A DNA stretch of 64,000 bases, from assembly GCA_964016885.1 (NCBI GenBank), contig OZ024741.1, positions 105,834,001-105,898,000 on the forward strand. Reading direction: 5' to 3'. Position numbers and translations under genes: made by a program. Shown piece after piece: positions 23,105 through 35,743 of the stretch (positions are counted from its first letter, which is position 1; the number at the start of each line of letters is the position of its first letter). This stretch comes from Eledone cirrhosa (Eukaryota). Under the pieces are notes generated by a model. That model worked only from the letters and a program-made list of their open reading frames with translations. It was not told the DNA's origin and searched no databases.

Positions 23105-26100
23105 CTGTGGAGAGAGATAGGGAGAAAACGTCTAAGATAGTATGAAATGAAAGCAAACATCATCATCATCACCACTTCCACTACACCAATAGTACATATA
23201 AGGAGCATAAATAAATATCACCAACTGTGATGTCAAATTTAAAGAGTAGACACACACACGTTTGTACATATATACATTTATACATTTACTTAATTTAGTG
23301 GCAGTTACTTACAATAAAAGTTTAACCTAGCTACAATATAGCTATAACAAAAACAAAAAAAAAAGTACTCAACTAAATAGCAGGAAAAATCTTTTTAGTA
23401 ATAATTATTTCTACTTTTGGCACAAGGCCAGCAAATACCCAGTGCATTACTGGTACTTTATTTTATCAACCTCATAAAGATGAAAGGCAAAGTTAACTTC
23501 AGCAAGATTTGTACCCAGACCATAACTCTATCTTGTATTTATTGATAATTTATATTGTCTTGTTAAGACCAGCAAATATTTCAACTTCACATATTAGATC
23601 TGGTGGATAATTTAAAAAATCTTTTTTGATAAGAAGAAAAGTGGGTCTTATATGCCACGAAATAGACTATAATAAAACTCATGAAGGAACAACTTTTGTG
23701 AAAACCCTTCCTTCTTTAAATTGTGATTTTCCAACCCTTAGCTAAAAATCAAACCTTTCAAATAAATATTATTCAGTTTTGAGGTATTTTTTGAAAGCAT
23801 TGTGACAATATATAAATTTTAAATGATTGGAAGGCCAAACAATGCATATAAAAATTAAATTTAGTGTTTTGTTCATAAACCTTTCAATCTAAAAAACTTG
23901 CATCAGTGAATATAAGATTTGTTTCTTCTTTTTTCATGCCAGGAACTTTTTAACATTGGTTAAAGGTCAAAGTTTGAAAAAAGAAAACCTTTAACCAATG
24001 CTAAAATGTTCCTGGCATGAAAAATATAAAAACAAAAGAACAAATCAAGAGACTTTTAGAGAAAAAATATGAATAAAACAGTTTAATTTTTATATGCATT
24101 GTTTGGTCTTCCAATCATTTAAAATTATTATACGTTCAAATGAAATTTAAATAAAATAAAAAAAAAAAATGAAAAGAAAGTTGGACCTTTTTAATCAGTC
24201 TAGAAGCTTCCTTATATTCTTTTCTGTATAAGGATGGTTTATTAAAGATTGTTTCAAGACTAACTTCTTCCATTGAGGCTTTAACTCTGATGCTCTGTAA
24301 GATTCTGTCAATCCGTTCTTCATATTCACATAGAGATTTTGAAGTTGTTTTCTAGGTAAATTAATAATAATGATAATTATTATTTCTTTATTGGCCATTA
24401 GGGTCCAAAACATTGAGGACAATACAAAAAATAGGGACATTTACACCCCACTTTTAGAATTGCCATGTTGGCTGGATAGTGTGAAGAGAAAAATGGTGGG
24501 GTGACTTAGTTACTTACCTGTCCCTTGCTATATGTATATTGCCGTCGGGGTCAAACATTTTCCTATATATATTTATATATGTATATATATATATACTAGC
24601 AGCTGAGGCCGGTTGCACTCGGGGGATACTCGGGTCCACTTTTTATTAAGTTAATAAGTTGGGGGGCGACGTGAAGAGAGTGATTTGACAGAGAGACGTT
24701 GGGTGGAGTAGGGTTCAAAGATGTTATTGCAGGGCTTCTTTGTAGACAATGTTCCTGGTGTTGCCTGGGTTACCAGAAATGAAGAGATTGTGTGGACTGC
24801 CGACGCGGGAGCATCCGACGTATAGTTGACCATGAGAAAATACCTGCTGTATTAGATTTAGGCCAACCACTTGCAGCGATTGTCCTTGTGCTTTGTTAAT
24901 GCTCATTGCAAAGCAGAGTTTTATGGGAAACTGCCGTCGCGTAAATTCATAGGGGACGTCAGAGGGACTAAGGCTCATAGGGGTAATTAACCTGGTCACA
25001 CCAACAGCGGGTCCGCTCAAAATGGTTGTCTCCAGAATTTGGGTCCTTATTTTTTTTATGATTAAACACATTCCGTTGCATAGTTATGGTGCATCCAGGT
25101 TTCTCAGCAGCATAACTGGCACACCAACCTTCAGTTTCAGATCATGAGGAGGAAGTCCTGGAGGTAGTTGACTGTTGAGGAATTCAATTGGGTAGATGAC
25201 GGCGTCGTCTGCATTTTTATTGGTGTCAATCGACTTGAAGGAGACTTAATTTCTGGGAATCTGATCGAGCAGTTTTTAGTTCATCACGTCAACAGTGACA
25301 TTGTGTGGGGTCAAAATAGCTCTCCCTTTCAGCCAGGTGTGATCATGGAATCGTGATTCAAGGTCTGGAAATACGGATGACATTAATTCATCAATGTTTG
25401 ACACAAAGTTCCCAAAAGACAAACGGATATGCTCTTCATCCACTCCAGGTGTAGTTCCATTACCAACTTCCAGTAGATGTTTTGATAAATCGATGGAGTC
25501 TGCATCACCATGCACATGCACTCTCATGTTGGTAGTCAGATGTAGTTTATGGACATACTGCCATACGTAGGATGACTTGATGCATGTGTTCACTTCGTCA
25601 GCTCTAGTGCTTCTAGTGATAACAGGAAGAGTCTGTAGGAAATCGCCAGCCAGCAGTACTGTCGCTCCACCCATGACGCGTGAGTTCCGCCGCAAGTCCT
25701 TGATAGTTCGATCCAGAGCCTCAAAGGCCGCCTTGTGACTCATGGTATCCGCATCCCATATGATCAGGCAGCACTCAGAAAGAAGATGTGCTTTAGGGGC
25801 GCCATGATCTATTCTACTTGTAGGATTCTCCTTTGCAATGTCCAAAGGCAATTTGAATGCGGAGTGTGCCGTACGACCGCCATGTAACTGTGTCGCCGGC
25901 TAAAGCAATCCACTTAGCAAAAGGTTGATGAGAAAAGTTTTTCCTGTTCCGCCAGGAGCATCCAGGAAAAATAGCCGTCCCTCATTTGAATTGACACTGG
26001 AGAGAATTCTGTCATATGCCCGTCTCTGGTCATGCAAAAGTCTGGGTTCGCCCTGAGCTACCTGATGTGTCATATCGTCGATATTGTAATTTAACTCACG

Positions 26101-29100
26101 CATGAACTCCACATCTAAAGCACTGTGAGTGTTTCGAGGTTCTGGCAAACCGAAATCAGACACACCGCCAACTCCAAGAGCTTTAAGATGGTTGTCCATG
26201 TCAATGAGGGCCTCATTGTATACCGCGTTGTTGAAAGCAAAGCCAGCCGCTGGATCTTCTGCTCGTAGTCTACGGAGGATGTACTCTGACATGTTGTCCT
26301 TATGCATTTCCCAAAGCTTAAGGGGCTCACCTATGCCGCTGAACAATAGCATTATGCAAAACAGACGTCTCATTTCTCGAGGCATCTTACATTCAACAGC
26401 CTCTATCAACGCCACGTTCAGGTGGGCATCATCCTCGAGTAGTCCACACTTCACGCACGTGTCCCTGTAACTGGAACAAATGTGGCGATCGAAAAGTTTT
26501 AGGTTGGCGAATGACTTGGGCCCTTTGATTTGATACAGCAACATTCGCAGGAAAAAGCATTCTTGTTGCTTCAGATGAACATTGTACACGCATCCGATGG
26601 CATTACTTCTGAAGACACATACCCAATCCTCAACTTTTTCCCCTTGTCGCCGCCGATGCCATTTTTTGTTCGACCAAGTGAAGTAGGTAGGTACTTTGAC
26701 GTAAAAAAGGGTAACTGCAAATGTACCGACAGAACATAGCTTAAAAAATGCTGTAAGCGTCATCTCAGGTGGCTGTTCGGCAGCAACCGATGCGGTTTCC
26801 TCAGTGAAATAAACGCATTGACCATTCTCTAAGTGAACATCCAAGTTAACAACTGCTGGAGAGCACCGGTGAATTTCAAGCCCCAAAATGCGCCAAGCCG
26901 CCATATTGGACGAAATGTATCTTCCCATCATGAACTGAGTAATTTCGTCTTTTGATTCTACACCATCACTGAGGCCAACCACCGCCATGTCGCCGCCTTT
27001 GTTGATGTATTTAATGCTTTTAACAGATGTGCAGGACTCCACATTGATGTGAGCATTAAAAACTTTAGCCAGCAAAGGGCTGTAAGGCACCACCCAGCTG
27101 TTGTCAATGTCGTATTCTTTCCCTTTCTTCTTAATCCTAGCTGAAAGGCCGCCAAAATCGGGAGCATGCCGCCGGTAGATGGGGTAGCCGTCAACCCCAG
27201 TGCAAGTTTCCCTGGTGAAGGCTCTGGGGTAGTGTTTGGTGCACTTGTTCCCCTCCATGCATGAATTTTGGCTGTTAAGGGCACCACAGGGTCCATGTAT
27301 CATATTAGCCAGCACAACGTTTCAATAAAAAGTTGCATTAAAACAGGGAGGCATTGAATGTAAAATGCTAAGCTAAAAGCGAAAAATTAATGTCATTGTT
27401 TACATATAATGAATTGGAAATGCTTCACTAAAAGATGGATATAAAAGTATTTTAGGTTAAATAGTATAGGGAAGTGTGTAGGATACATACGTAGACATGA
27501 TATATAAGTATCGTGTGTATGTGTGTGTGTGCTATGCGAGTGACGACAGATCAAAGATATATAACATGTTACTGAACGTTAACTAAAGTTTGCTGGTCCC
27601 TCTCTGTCTCTCTCTCTGAATATCTAACACTTTAATTGTATCTCTCTCTGTCTAACGACCTATCTCTCTCTGCAGTGTTGTCATATAGGGAGTGAAGAGC
27701 AACAGAGAGAGTAAAGCAGTTAAATTATAGAGAGGGGGAATGATCTATTATAGAGAGAGGGAAGAGCGACGGAGAGAGTAAAGCTAACAAACTATAGGGA
27801 GCTAAAATCGATAGAAAAAGACCGTTTTTTGGCCCTAGAGACCACATTTTTCAATTTAGAGAACCCCAAGTAGACCTGTCGCTTCCTCGGCACCTTTTAC
27901 ATTAATGACAATCAGATGACAATTACATGACAATCAGAGCATTGGTACTACCCTTTTGCCTGTATCCAGACACGACTCAGACAATTTTCACCCATTTCAC
28001 ATTTATATAATAGATATATATATTTATATATGTATCATCATCATCATAATTTTATGTCCGCTTTTCCCTGCTTGCAAGGGTGGGACGGGCCCTATTCAGC
28101 ACAGCATCTCTCCACTTGTCACGGTCCTTTGTCATCTCCTCCGTGAGTTTCAGCGATCTGAGGTCTGCTCTCACCACCTCCGCCCATGTTTTTCGTGGTC
28201 TTCCTCGACTGCGTCTTCCTTCTACCCGGATTTATTGGCACTTCTTTACCCAGCAGTCATCCTCCATGCACATCACATGTCCATACCATCTCAGTCTTCT
28301 CTCCTGCACACCACAACTTACCCCTCTTATACCCAGTTTCTTTCTCAACTCATATACACCCAAATCCACTACCCTTACTCTCGTAGTGACATTTAAATAT
28401 AATAATAATAATGAAATATAGTGTACAGTGCTCAGGTGCACTATTACTCATCAAAAAGTGTATGTATAGTACATAGGGTAATGCACAAACGTCAGGAAAA
28501 TGAAAAGTGCATGAGTCATGAAATACACGTGTGCATGTGTATGGAAGGTGTACATCAGGTGTAGTTTTGGCGAATTTTGGGAAGTATGAGGGTTTTAAAG
28601 GATGTAATGTCTCGGCAGCTAACAACTGACGCAGGCAGTTTGTTCCATGCTTCAGCAACTCTGAGCGTCAAAAAATGTTTCCGAAAGTCATGGGAGCTGT
28701 GCTGTTTTCTGATTTTGTAGGCATGTCTACGTGTGTTAGACATATGGAGATCAAAAAGGTGCTCAGGGTTGTTGTTGGCGAGATCGTTAATAACTTTGTG
28801 GGTGTTTACCAAGCTATCTTCTTATCAGTATTAGTGAGGGTAAGTACACCATTATCATTACGGACACTTCTCCCCAACAATATCACGGTTTTCCTTGACA
28901 CATTGTCTAACAATCCTGAATATATAATATATATAAATATATATATACAATATATTAATAAATGGAAACTATATTTATTTTATTATACATATTTCAAGGG
29001 CCACCAAGGCAAATTATGGTGCGCTTTCATCAGATAAAATACAATACAGATTAGTTTTATAAATAAATATTGACATACCCTGAAAAAAGACAACCTTAAC

Positions 29101-32100
29101 GGTTAGAGCTTCCTGGATAAATATATATAATATATATAATTGTGTGTGTATATATATATATATATGTGTATATATATATGCATGTATGTGTATATATATA
29201 TATATATATATCATCATCATCATCATCATCATCACCATTTTACGTCCGTTCTTCCATGCTAGCATGGGTTAGACGGGTTGTCCTGTTGTGGGCAGTGTCT
29301 GGTCGACTGACCATGCCTTGCTCATACAGGAACTGATTTTGGCTTGGTTTCTACAGCCGGATGCCCTTCCTAACACCAACCTCATTTACAGTGAGTGCTG
29401 GGTGCTTTTTTCCGTGGCGCCTACACGTCCACTTTACAGTGTGGGCTGGGTGCTTTTTTGCCGTGGCACCTCTACGACCACTTTACAGTGGGAGGGTGTG
29501 GGGGCATATTGTCTATATGCTTCAGCTTGTACCCATGCGAGGTCGGGTACTCTGTATTACTGCATGACGCCAGAGGTCACGGTCATGTGTCATCGCCTTT
29601 GAGAGGTATAATTGGGTAAGGTCGGCTTTTATCAACTCATCCCAGGTCTTCTTGGGTCTCCCCACTCCGCGGTTTCCATTGACTTCTAGTGCTATGCACA
29701 TTTTTATGCAGCTGTCATCCTTCATACGCATCACATGTCCATACCAACGCAACCGCCTCTCCTGCACACAGCATTTGATTCCTCTTATGCTCAGTCTCTC
29801 TCTCAATTCATTTATGCTTTGCCGGTCGCGTATATTACTATTACACATCCATCGGAGCATGCAGGCTTCGTTTCTTTCTAATCTACGTAAGTCTTCCACC
29901 TTCAGCGCCCAGGTCTCGCTACCATGTAACATTGCCGTTCGTATACACGCATCATACAATCTGCCTTTCATTTTGAGGGAGAAGCCTTTTGCAGCTAGCA
30001 GTGGCAGTAGTTCCCTGAACTTCTTCCATCCCGTTCTTACCCTAGTTATTGTACTTTCTGAACACCCACCTCTGCTGCTAATTCGGTCACCTAGGTAGCA
30101 GAAGTTGTCTACTGTTTCTACAGAGCCCTCCCAGAGTTTGGTGGTACTTGTTTCCTGTGGCTGTTTGCTGCTTGCTGTCCCAGCACAGCTGCTACATGTG
30201 AAGCCTACATTCTTAATTAAGCTTCCTGAGATACCACTACATCTCTTGTGTACCAATTGTTTGCATTTGGGGCAGAGAATGGAGTTCCTACCTACATACT
30301 GAGCAAGGCCATTTCCCTGAGGGGATCTGGGTTCTGTTTTCTCGTCTACTTACAAGGACCTTAGTCTTTGTCAGGTTGACTTTGAGACCCTTTCTTTCTA
30401 GTCCCTGCTTCCAAGTTTGGAATTTCTTCTCTAGTTCTACCATAGATTCAGCTATAAGTGCGAGGTCATCTGCATACAGGAGTTCCCATGGGCATCCGGT
30501 CTTAAACTCCTCCGTTATTGCCTGCAGGACTATGATGAACAGGAGAGGGCTAAGAACAGAGCCCTGGTGGACACCAACCTGTACGCTAAATTCCTCGCTA
30601 TACTCATTGCTAATCCTAACTTTGCTGACTGCTCCCCTATACATGGCTTGTACAGCTTTCACAAGCCATTCATCTACTCCTAGTGTTCTAAGAGCCCACC
30701 AGATTATAGCACGTGGAACTCTGTCAAAGGCTTTCTCGAGATCGACAAATGCCAGGTAGAGTGGCTTACTTTTAGCTAGGTACTTTTCCTGTAACTGCCT
30801 CACAAGGAAGAGGGCATCAGTGGTGCCTCTTCCTGGTACAAACCCAAATTGCATCTCATCTAGTTTCACCCAGTCCCTAATCAGTTGTGCTATAACTCTT
30901 TCTGTTACTTTCATGACCTGGTCCATTAGCTTTATACCTCTATAGTTTCCTCTATCTAGTGCATCATCTTTACCTTTGTAGCAGTTGACAATGATACTAT
31001 TGCACCAATCTTTTGGTATGACACCTAGTATTACCTGGTTAACAATACGTGTGGTTATAGTGTGACCTACAGACCCAGATGCCTTCAGCATCTCGGCAGC
31101 TATACCCGATGGACCGGTTGCCTTCCCCATTTTCATATCTTTGATTGCCTTACTTACTACGCTGCTGCTGACTTGTACTGCTGGCCCCTCTATAGGGTCT
31201 ACTTAGGGTAGGGTCTCTTCTTCCTATGCATTCTCCTCATTTAGTAATCTATCATGCATCTTTCTTCTCAGTACTTGTGAGGGCAAACTCACCTTTATCA
31301 TTCCAGATACACTTCTCTCCAATGACATCACAATTCTCTCTGACACACTGCCTGACAATCTTGAACACCTGTTTCTGGTCCTCACGTTGCAAAACATGCT
31401 TGAATTTTCTATCCTCTGCTTCCCTCCTGGTCTCTATGTAATGTACCCTGCTTCCCCCGTTCTTCCATTCTTTCCATGCCTGTCTCTTGGCCTTAACTGC
31501 CTCATCTACCTTATTGTTCCACCATCAAGTCACTCTCCTCCTGCTTGTGGTCTTACTCCAGCCACAGATCTCATCCGTCGCCTCTAGTAAGTTATTTTTT
31601 AGGAACTCCCAGTGCTCTTCTACATTGAATGTCTCTATCTGTTCTTCTTTACTGTCGTAGGCGTTGAGTAAAATATCTTTAAATCTGTTACTGGCTGAGG
31701 GGTCTTTCAGCTTCCAGATCTTTCTTCTCCAGGTTCGTCTTATTCTGACCATGAGGTCGCTGACAACTAAGCTATGTTTGGAGGTACATTCCTCACTAGG
31801 GAAGGCTTTTGTGTTTACGACCGTCCATCTGTCACGTCCTCTGATGAGGATAAAATCTATCTGACTAGAATGCTCCCCTGATCAGGTGGTTGTCGGGTTT
31901 TTTGAAGTTTGTTACATATCGACATGTCATTGGCGTCGCAGAATTCTAGAAGTCTGAATCCTTCTTCATTTCTTGTGCCAACCCCATGGCCCCCATGGAC
32001 TCTATTGAAGCTGTCACAGTGTTTACCTACGTGTCCGTTAAAATCTCCTGCGATGATTAGGAAGTCATTGTCATTTGTTAGAGCAGTGGTGTGCATTAGG

Positions 32101-33796
32101 GACTCGTAAAACCTATTCTTACGTTCGTCTGGCAACCCTGATTGGGGTGCGTAAGCTGATATTATTGTGGTAATTGTTTTATTCAGGACTAGTCTGAGTT
32201 TAATGATTCTTGCATTTACCCTGTACACTGAGATTACTTTATCTACCCACTTGTCAGTTAGTAGTATTCCTACACCACCCATCCCATTGTCATTTCCCAC
32301 CCAGAAAAATTTGTAGCACTGACTTTTTCCTACAAGGACTCTAGCAGACTCCTCTCCATCTAGTCTCTTGCACACAGCATACATCAATTTCCTTTCGCTC
32401 TAGCATCTCTACGATTTCTCCTGCTCTTCCTTTCATTGTGCTTACATTGATGATACCAACTCGGAGTTTTGGGCATTTGTCAACATTCGTGGGGAAGGGT
32501 CGATTTTTGCAGGGGTGTGCTTGTGCTTCCTGTCTCTGAATTGAAGCTTCACATGGGTGCTTGGTAGCTCGCGGATTCATATTCATTTTCATTTATTAAT
32601 TCAGGGTTGCTCCATTTATTCTCAGCTCATCCATACATAACGGTAGGAAAATTCAGGGCTAGAGGAACAGTGGTGGTGGTAATAATGGCAGGGTGTTTGG
32701 ACTGGGACGGGGGAGGAGAGAGGTAGGTAGTAGTAGAAATGGCAGGGTTTGTTGGGGTTGGTAATGGGTGAGGGAGGCATGCTGAGGTTTGATTGGTCGA
32801 ATAGGCTATGGTGGTGTGAGGGAAATTGTGAAATCATGGCAAAATAGATGGATAGGAGTAGATGACTTCGTAGAGAAAGCGAACTGATAAATAAAACAAC
32901 ACTAATAATAGTGTAAGAGAGAGGAGGAGAATAGATGACTTCGTAGAGGCAGCATGGTAGAGAAAATGAGGGTAAAAAATAAATGTGTTGTGGAAGCTAG
33001 CGAAGTGATAAATACAGCAATAATTGTGTGAGCAGAACATTTGCAATTGGGGAAATAGAGGGATACCTGGAAGATTTGTATGGATGGATGTCTGGAACGT
33101 GGTGAGCAGCTCTAGTGATTCATTTTAGCCTTTCAGAGTCAAGTGTGTCTTATCTCTTCAAGAACTTCAAGATGAGTGAGGAAGGAATGGGTGAGAGAGA
33201 AAGGGAGGTAATAGGTGGCTTAGAGATAGATAGAGAGAGGGAGAGAGAGAGGGTAGCTCTCATAGAGAGAGGGTAGCCATCATAGAGAGAGGGTCGCCGT
33301 CATGGCAAAATAACCGATAAGAGTGAATGAATACAACACTAATAATAGAGTAAGAGAGAGGAAGAGAGTAGATGACTTCGTAGGTAGCCAAATTATGGCC
33401 TGTAGCATCTCATGGCAAAATAGACGGATAGGAGTAGATGACTTAGAAGAGAAAGCAAACTGATAAATATATATATATATAGGAAGTTATTCCGGGTTGA
33501 ATTGGAGGTAACCATAGTAAGTAAGGTACTCAATACATAGAGTATAAAAGTTTTAATAAAGATGAGATTCTACAGGACTAGAACTGTTTCATTCTTTAGA
33601 AATCATCAGGAATCATGACCTCCACCCATCCCACTCCCCACCCTCTCCTACCACCTGAAAAGATATAAATACCACAACATTTATTTTGGAAAGCCAGATT
33701 CCTGATGATTTCTAAAGAATAAAACAGTTCTAGTCCTGTAGACTCTCATCTATATATATATATCTATATATATGTGTGTGTATATATATATGCATG

Positions 33797-33841
<45 letters not shown>

Positions 33842-34400
33842 ATATATATATATATGCAAAGTGGTCGTGGAGGTGCCACAGCAAAAAAGCACCCAGCCGA
33901 CACTGTAAAGTAGACGTGTAGGCGCCACAGAAAAAAGCACCCAGCACTCACTGTAAAGTGGATGTGTAGGCGCCACGGAAAAAAAGGACCCAGCACTCAC
34001 TGTAAATGAGGTTGGTGTTAGGAAGGGCATCAATCTGTAGAAACCAAACCAAATCAGTTCCTGTATGAGCAAGGCATGGTCAGTCGACCAGACACTGCCC
34101 ACAACAGGACAACCCGTCTAACCCATGCTAGCATGGAAGAACGGACGTAAAACGGTGATGATGATGATGATGATGATATATATATGTATGTGTGTATATA
34201 TATATATATATATGAAGGAAGTGTGGTAAGAAACCAGATGGACCATAACACACCAGAGTACTCAATACTTAGGGTAGTAGAGTGGGTAATAGGAAAAAGT
34301 TTAACCCCGATGGCAGAGCTCAAGCTGTTCCAACGGCTATTTCTGGTCCAGAAATAGCCTTCGAAACGGCTTGAGCTCTCCCATTGGGGTTAAACTTTTT

Positions 34401-34433
<33 letters not shown>

Positions 34434-35638
34434 TCATCATCATCATCGTTTAACGTCCATGTTCCATGCTTGCATGGGTTTGGACGGGAGTTTTCCCACT
34501 TGAGGCAAGAGTGGTTGTCTTGCTCGCATAGGACTGTCTGGCGGGTTTTCTACAGTTGGATGCCCTTCCTAACACAAACCACATTTACAGTGTGGGGCTG
34601 GGAGGTTTTTACCGTGTTGCCTACACGGCCACATTAAAGCGGGGACTGTCTGGCAGGTTTTCTACAGCTGGATGCCCTTCCTAACACCAACTACATTTAC
34701 AGTGTGGGACTGGGACGTTTTTACCGTGTTGCCTACACGGTCACATTACAGTGTGGACTGTGTTTTTTTTTTTGTCGTGACACCTACACGATCTCATTTG
34801 TTTCGGCCTGGATTTTGTGGCACCAACATAACTTTACATTGAAAGGGGCGGTGTGGATGGGGTGTGGGTGGTGGGACGGGGGTGTATTTTGTTAGAGATG
34901 CCTACTGACTGTAGTAGGTTTTACTTTGTATTTAGTTAACGCGGGTCTTCTCTATTACTGAGTACCGCCAAAGCTCTCGGTCCAGTGACATTGTCTTGGA
35001 GAGGTGTAAGTGTGTGAGGTCGGAATTTATCAGCTCGTCCCAGGCTTTTCTGGGTCTGCCTACTCCGTGGCTACCGTCTATCTTTATTGCCCTGCACTTT
35101 GTTATACAGCTGTCGTCTTTCATGCGCATCACGTGACCATACCAACGTAGCCTTCTCTCGAGTAAACAACATCTGATCCCTTTTATTTCTAATTTTTTCC
35201 TTAGTTCGTTTATGCTTTGCCGTTCGCGTATATTACTATTACACATCCAGCGGAGCATGTAAGCTTCGTTCCTCTCTAGTCTGCGTATATCCTCTGCACA
35301 CAATGCCCAGGTCTCACTGCCATGCAACATTGCTGTTCGTATGCAGGCATCATACAACCTGCCTTTCACTTTTAGGGAGAACCCTTTAGCGGCTAATAGT
35401 GGTATAAGCTCTCTGAACTTTTTCCATCCAGTTCTGACTCTAGCTACTGTACTTTCGGAGCACCCTCCCCCACTGCTGATTTTATCACCCAGGTAACGGA
35501 AGCTGTCCACTATTTCTATAGAACCCTCTGCGCAGTTGAAAGAGCTAGTATTTTGTGGGCACTTGCTGCTACTTATTGCACCAGAGCACCGGCCACATGT
35601 AAAATCTGTATATATATATATATATATGAATATATATA

Positions 35639-35672
<34 letters not shown>

Positions 35673-35698
35673 TATATATGTATATATATATATGAATA

Positions 35699-35743
<45 letters not shown>

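Noticed and set aside
24195-24440. 81-aa ORF from the track
   Set aside because: Wrong frame. The XRRA1-like exon 24187-24351 uses another frame.
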